From Octopus vulgaris (taxonomy: Eukaryota), in the NCBI GenBank assembly GCA_951406725.2, contig OX597825.1, positions 75,640,001 to 75,704,000 of the forward strand: a stretch of 64,000 nucleotides of DNA. Direction: 5' to 3'. Positions 63,367 to 64,000 of this stretch are shown here, piece by piece. The position numbers and the translations under genes were made by a program. A model generated the notes under the pieces. The model ran no database searches. It had not been told where the DNA came from and saw only the letters and a list, made by a program, of their open reading frames with translations. Every line of letters starts with the position of its first letter. Within the stretch, counting starts at the first letter, position 1.

Positions 63367-63684
63367 ACAAAATATTTTATAATTATATACATAATTATAA
63401 CAAGGGATTGGCTTTATGCCTCACTACATACTGCAAGAAATAGATACTAAGCCTCTATTACCACTTTAAAATCTCCAAGAATAACACACTATATTGTAGG
63501 CAAGCAAAGGTTAACTAACTTCATTGATTCATTATTTTCCTTTTGCTTGCCTACAATGTAGTGTGTTATTCTTGGAGATTTTAAGGTGGTAATAGGGGCT
63601 TTAGTGTCTATTTCTTGCAGTGCATGGTGAAGCATAAAGCCAGTCCCTTGTTATAATTATGTATGTAATTATAAAATAGTTTGT
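63367..63684. mobile_element. Foldback/MITE-like palindrome (~145-bp arms, ~30-bp spacer)
   Basis: 63367-63510 is the imperfect reverse complement of 63539-63684. Confidence 0.8.
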
Positions 63685-63802
63685 AAAATTTACCAATGAG
63701 GCTTTTATTTCTGCACTGACTAGCTAGTAAAATTATTGATTTTACCTTTAGTATAATTAATATTTTACACTTTTAGTATAATTAATATTTGAATATACAT
63801 AC

Positions 63803-63847
<45 letters not shown>

Positions 63848-63850
<3 letters not shown>

Positions 63851-64000
63851 TGGCTGTGTGGTAAGTAGCTTGCTTACCAACCACATAGTTCTGGGTTCAG
63901 TCTTACTGCATGGAACCTTGGGCAAATGTCTTCTACTATAGCCTCGGGCCAACCAAAGCTTTGTGAGATGATTTGGTAGATAGAAACTGAAAGAAGCCCA
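63848..64000 (+). mobile_element. tRNA-derived SINE, running off the window end
   Basis: GTGGCTGTGTGGTAAG A-box-like and GGTTCAGTC B-box-like motifs, followed by the family body. Confidence 0.75.

Noticed and set aside
63848-63925. tRNA gene
   Set aside because: It has A/B-box-like motifs but no cloverleaf, and continues into the SINE body.

Overview
Eukaryotic, repeat-dense, AT-rich DNA. The SINE, RTE and microsatellite repertoire resembles octopus/cephalopod genomes (inference). The window appears to be mostly intron of a + strand host gene, with candidate exons at 5330-5423, a duplicate at 36496-36589, and 60355-60423. Bases 1-25266 are repeated at about 30586-54939 on the other side of a 100-N gap, probably two uncollapsed haplotypes or a recent tandem duplication. 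Each copy holds a Penelope-like element (RT + GIY-YIG, Asn-rich insert) with an inverted 3' arm, a near-intact CR1-group LINE (PHD/polyQ ORF1; APE-RT ORF2 in the -1 frame behind a G GGA AAC heptamer), a CCCH-finger APE-RT LINE, and remnants of Gypsy, RTE, Helitron-like elements and SINEs. The main finding is a 363-bp tandem array (9792-11204) present in only one copy. Each full unit carries a minus-strand type I hammerhead ribozyme with a U3-A8 core variant and a palindromic stem III, consistent with a recently inserted retrozyme that could produce circular RNA. Five further hammerhead motifs lie at Penelope-like 3' ends.
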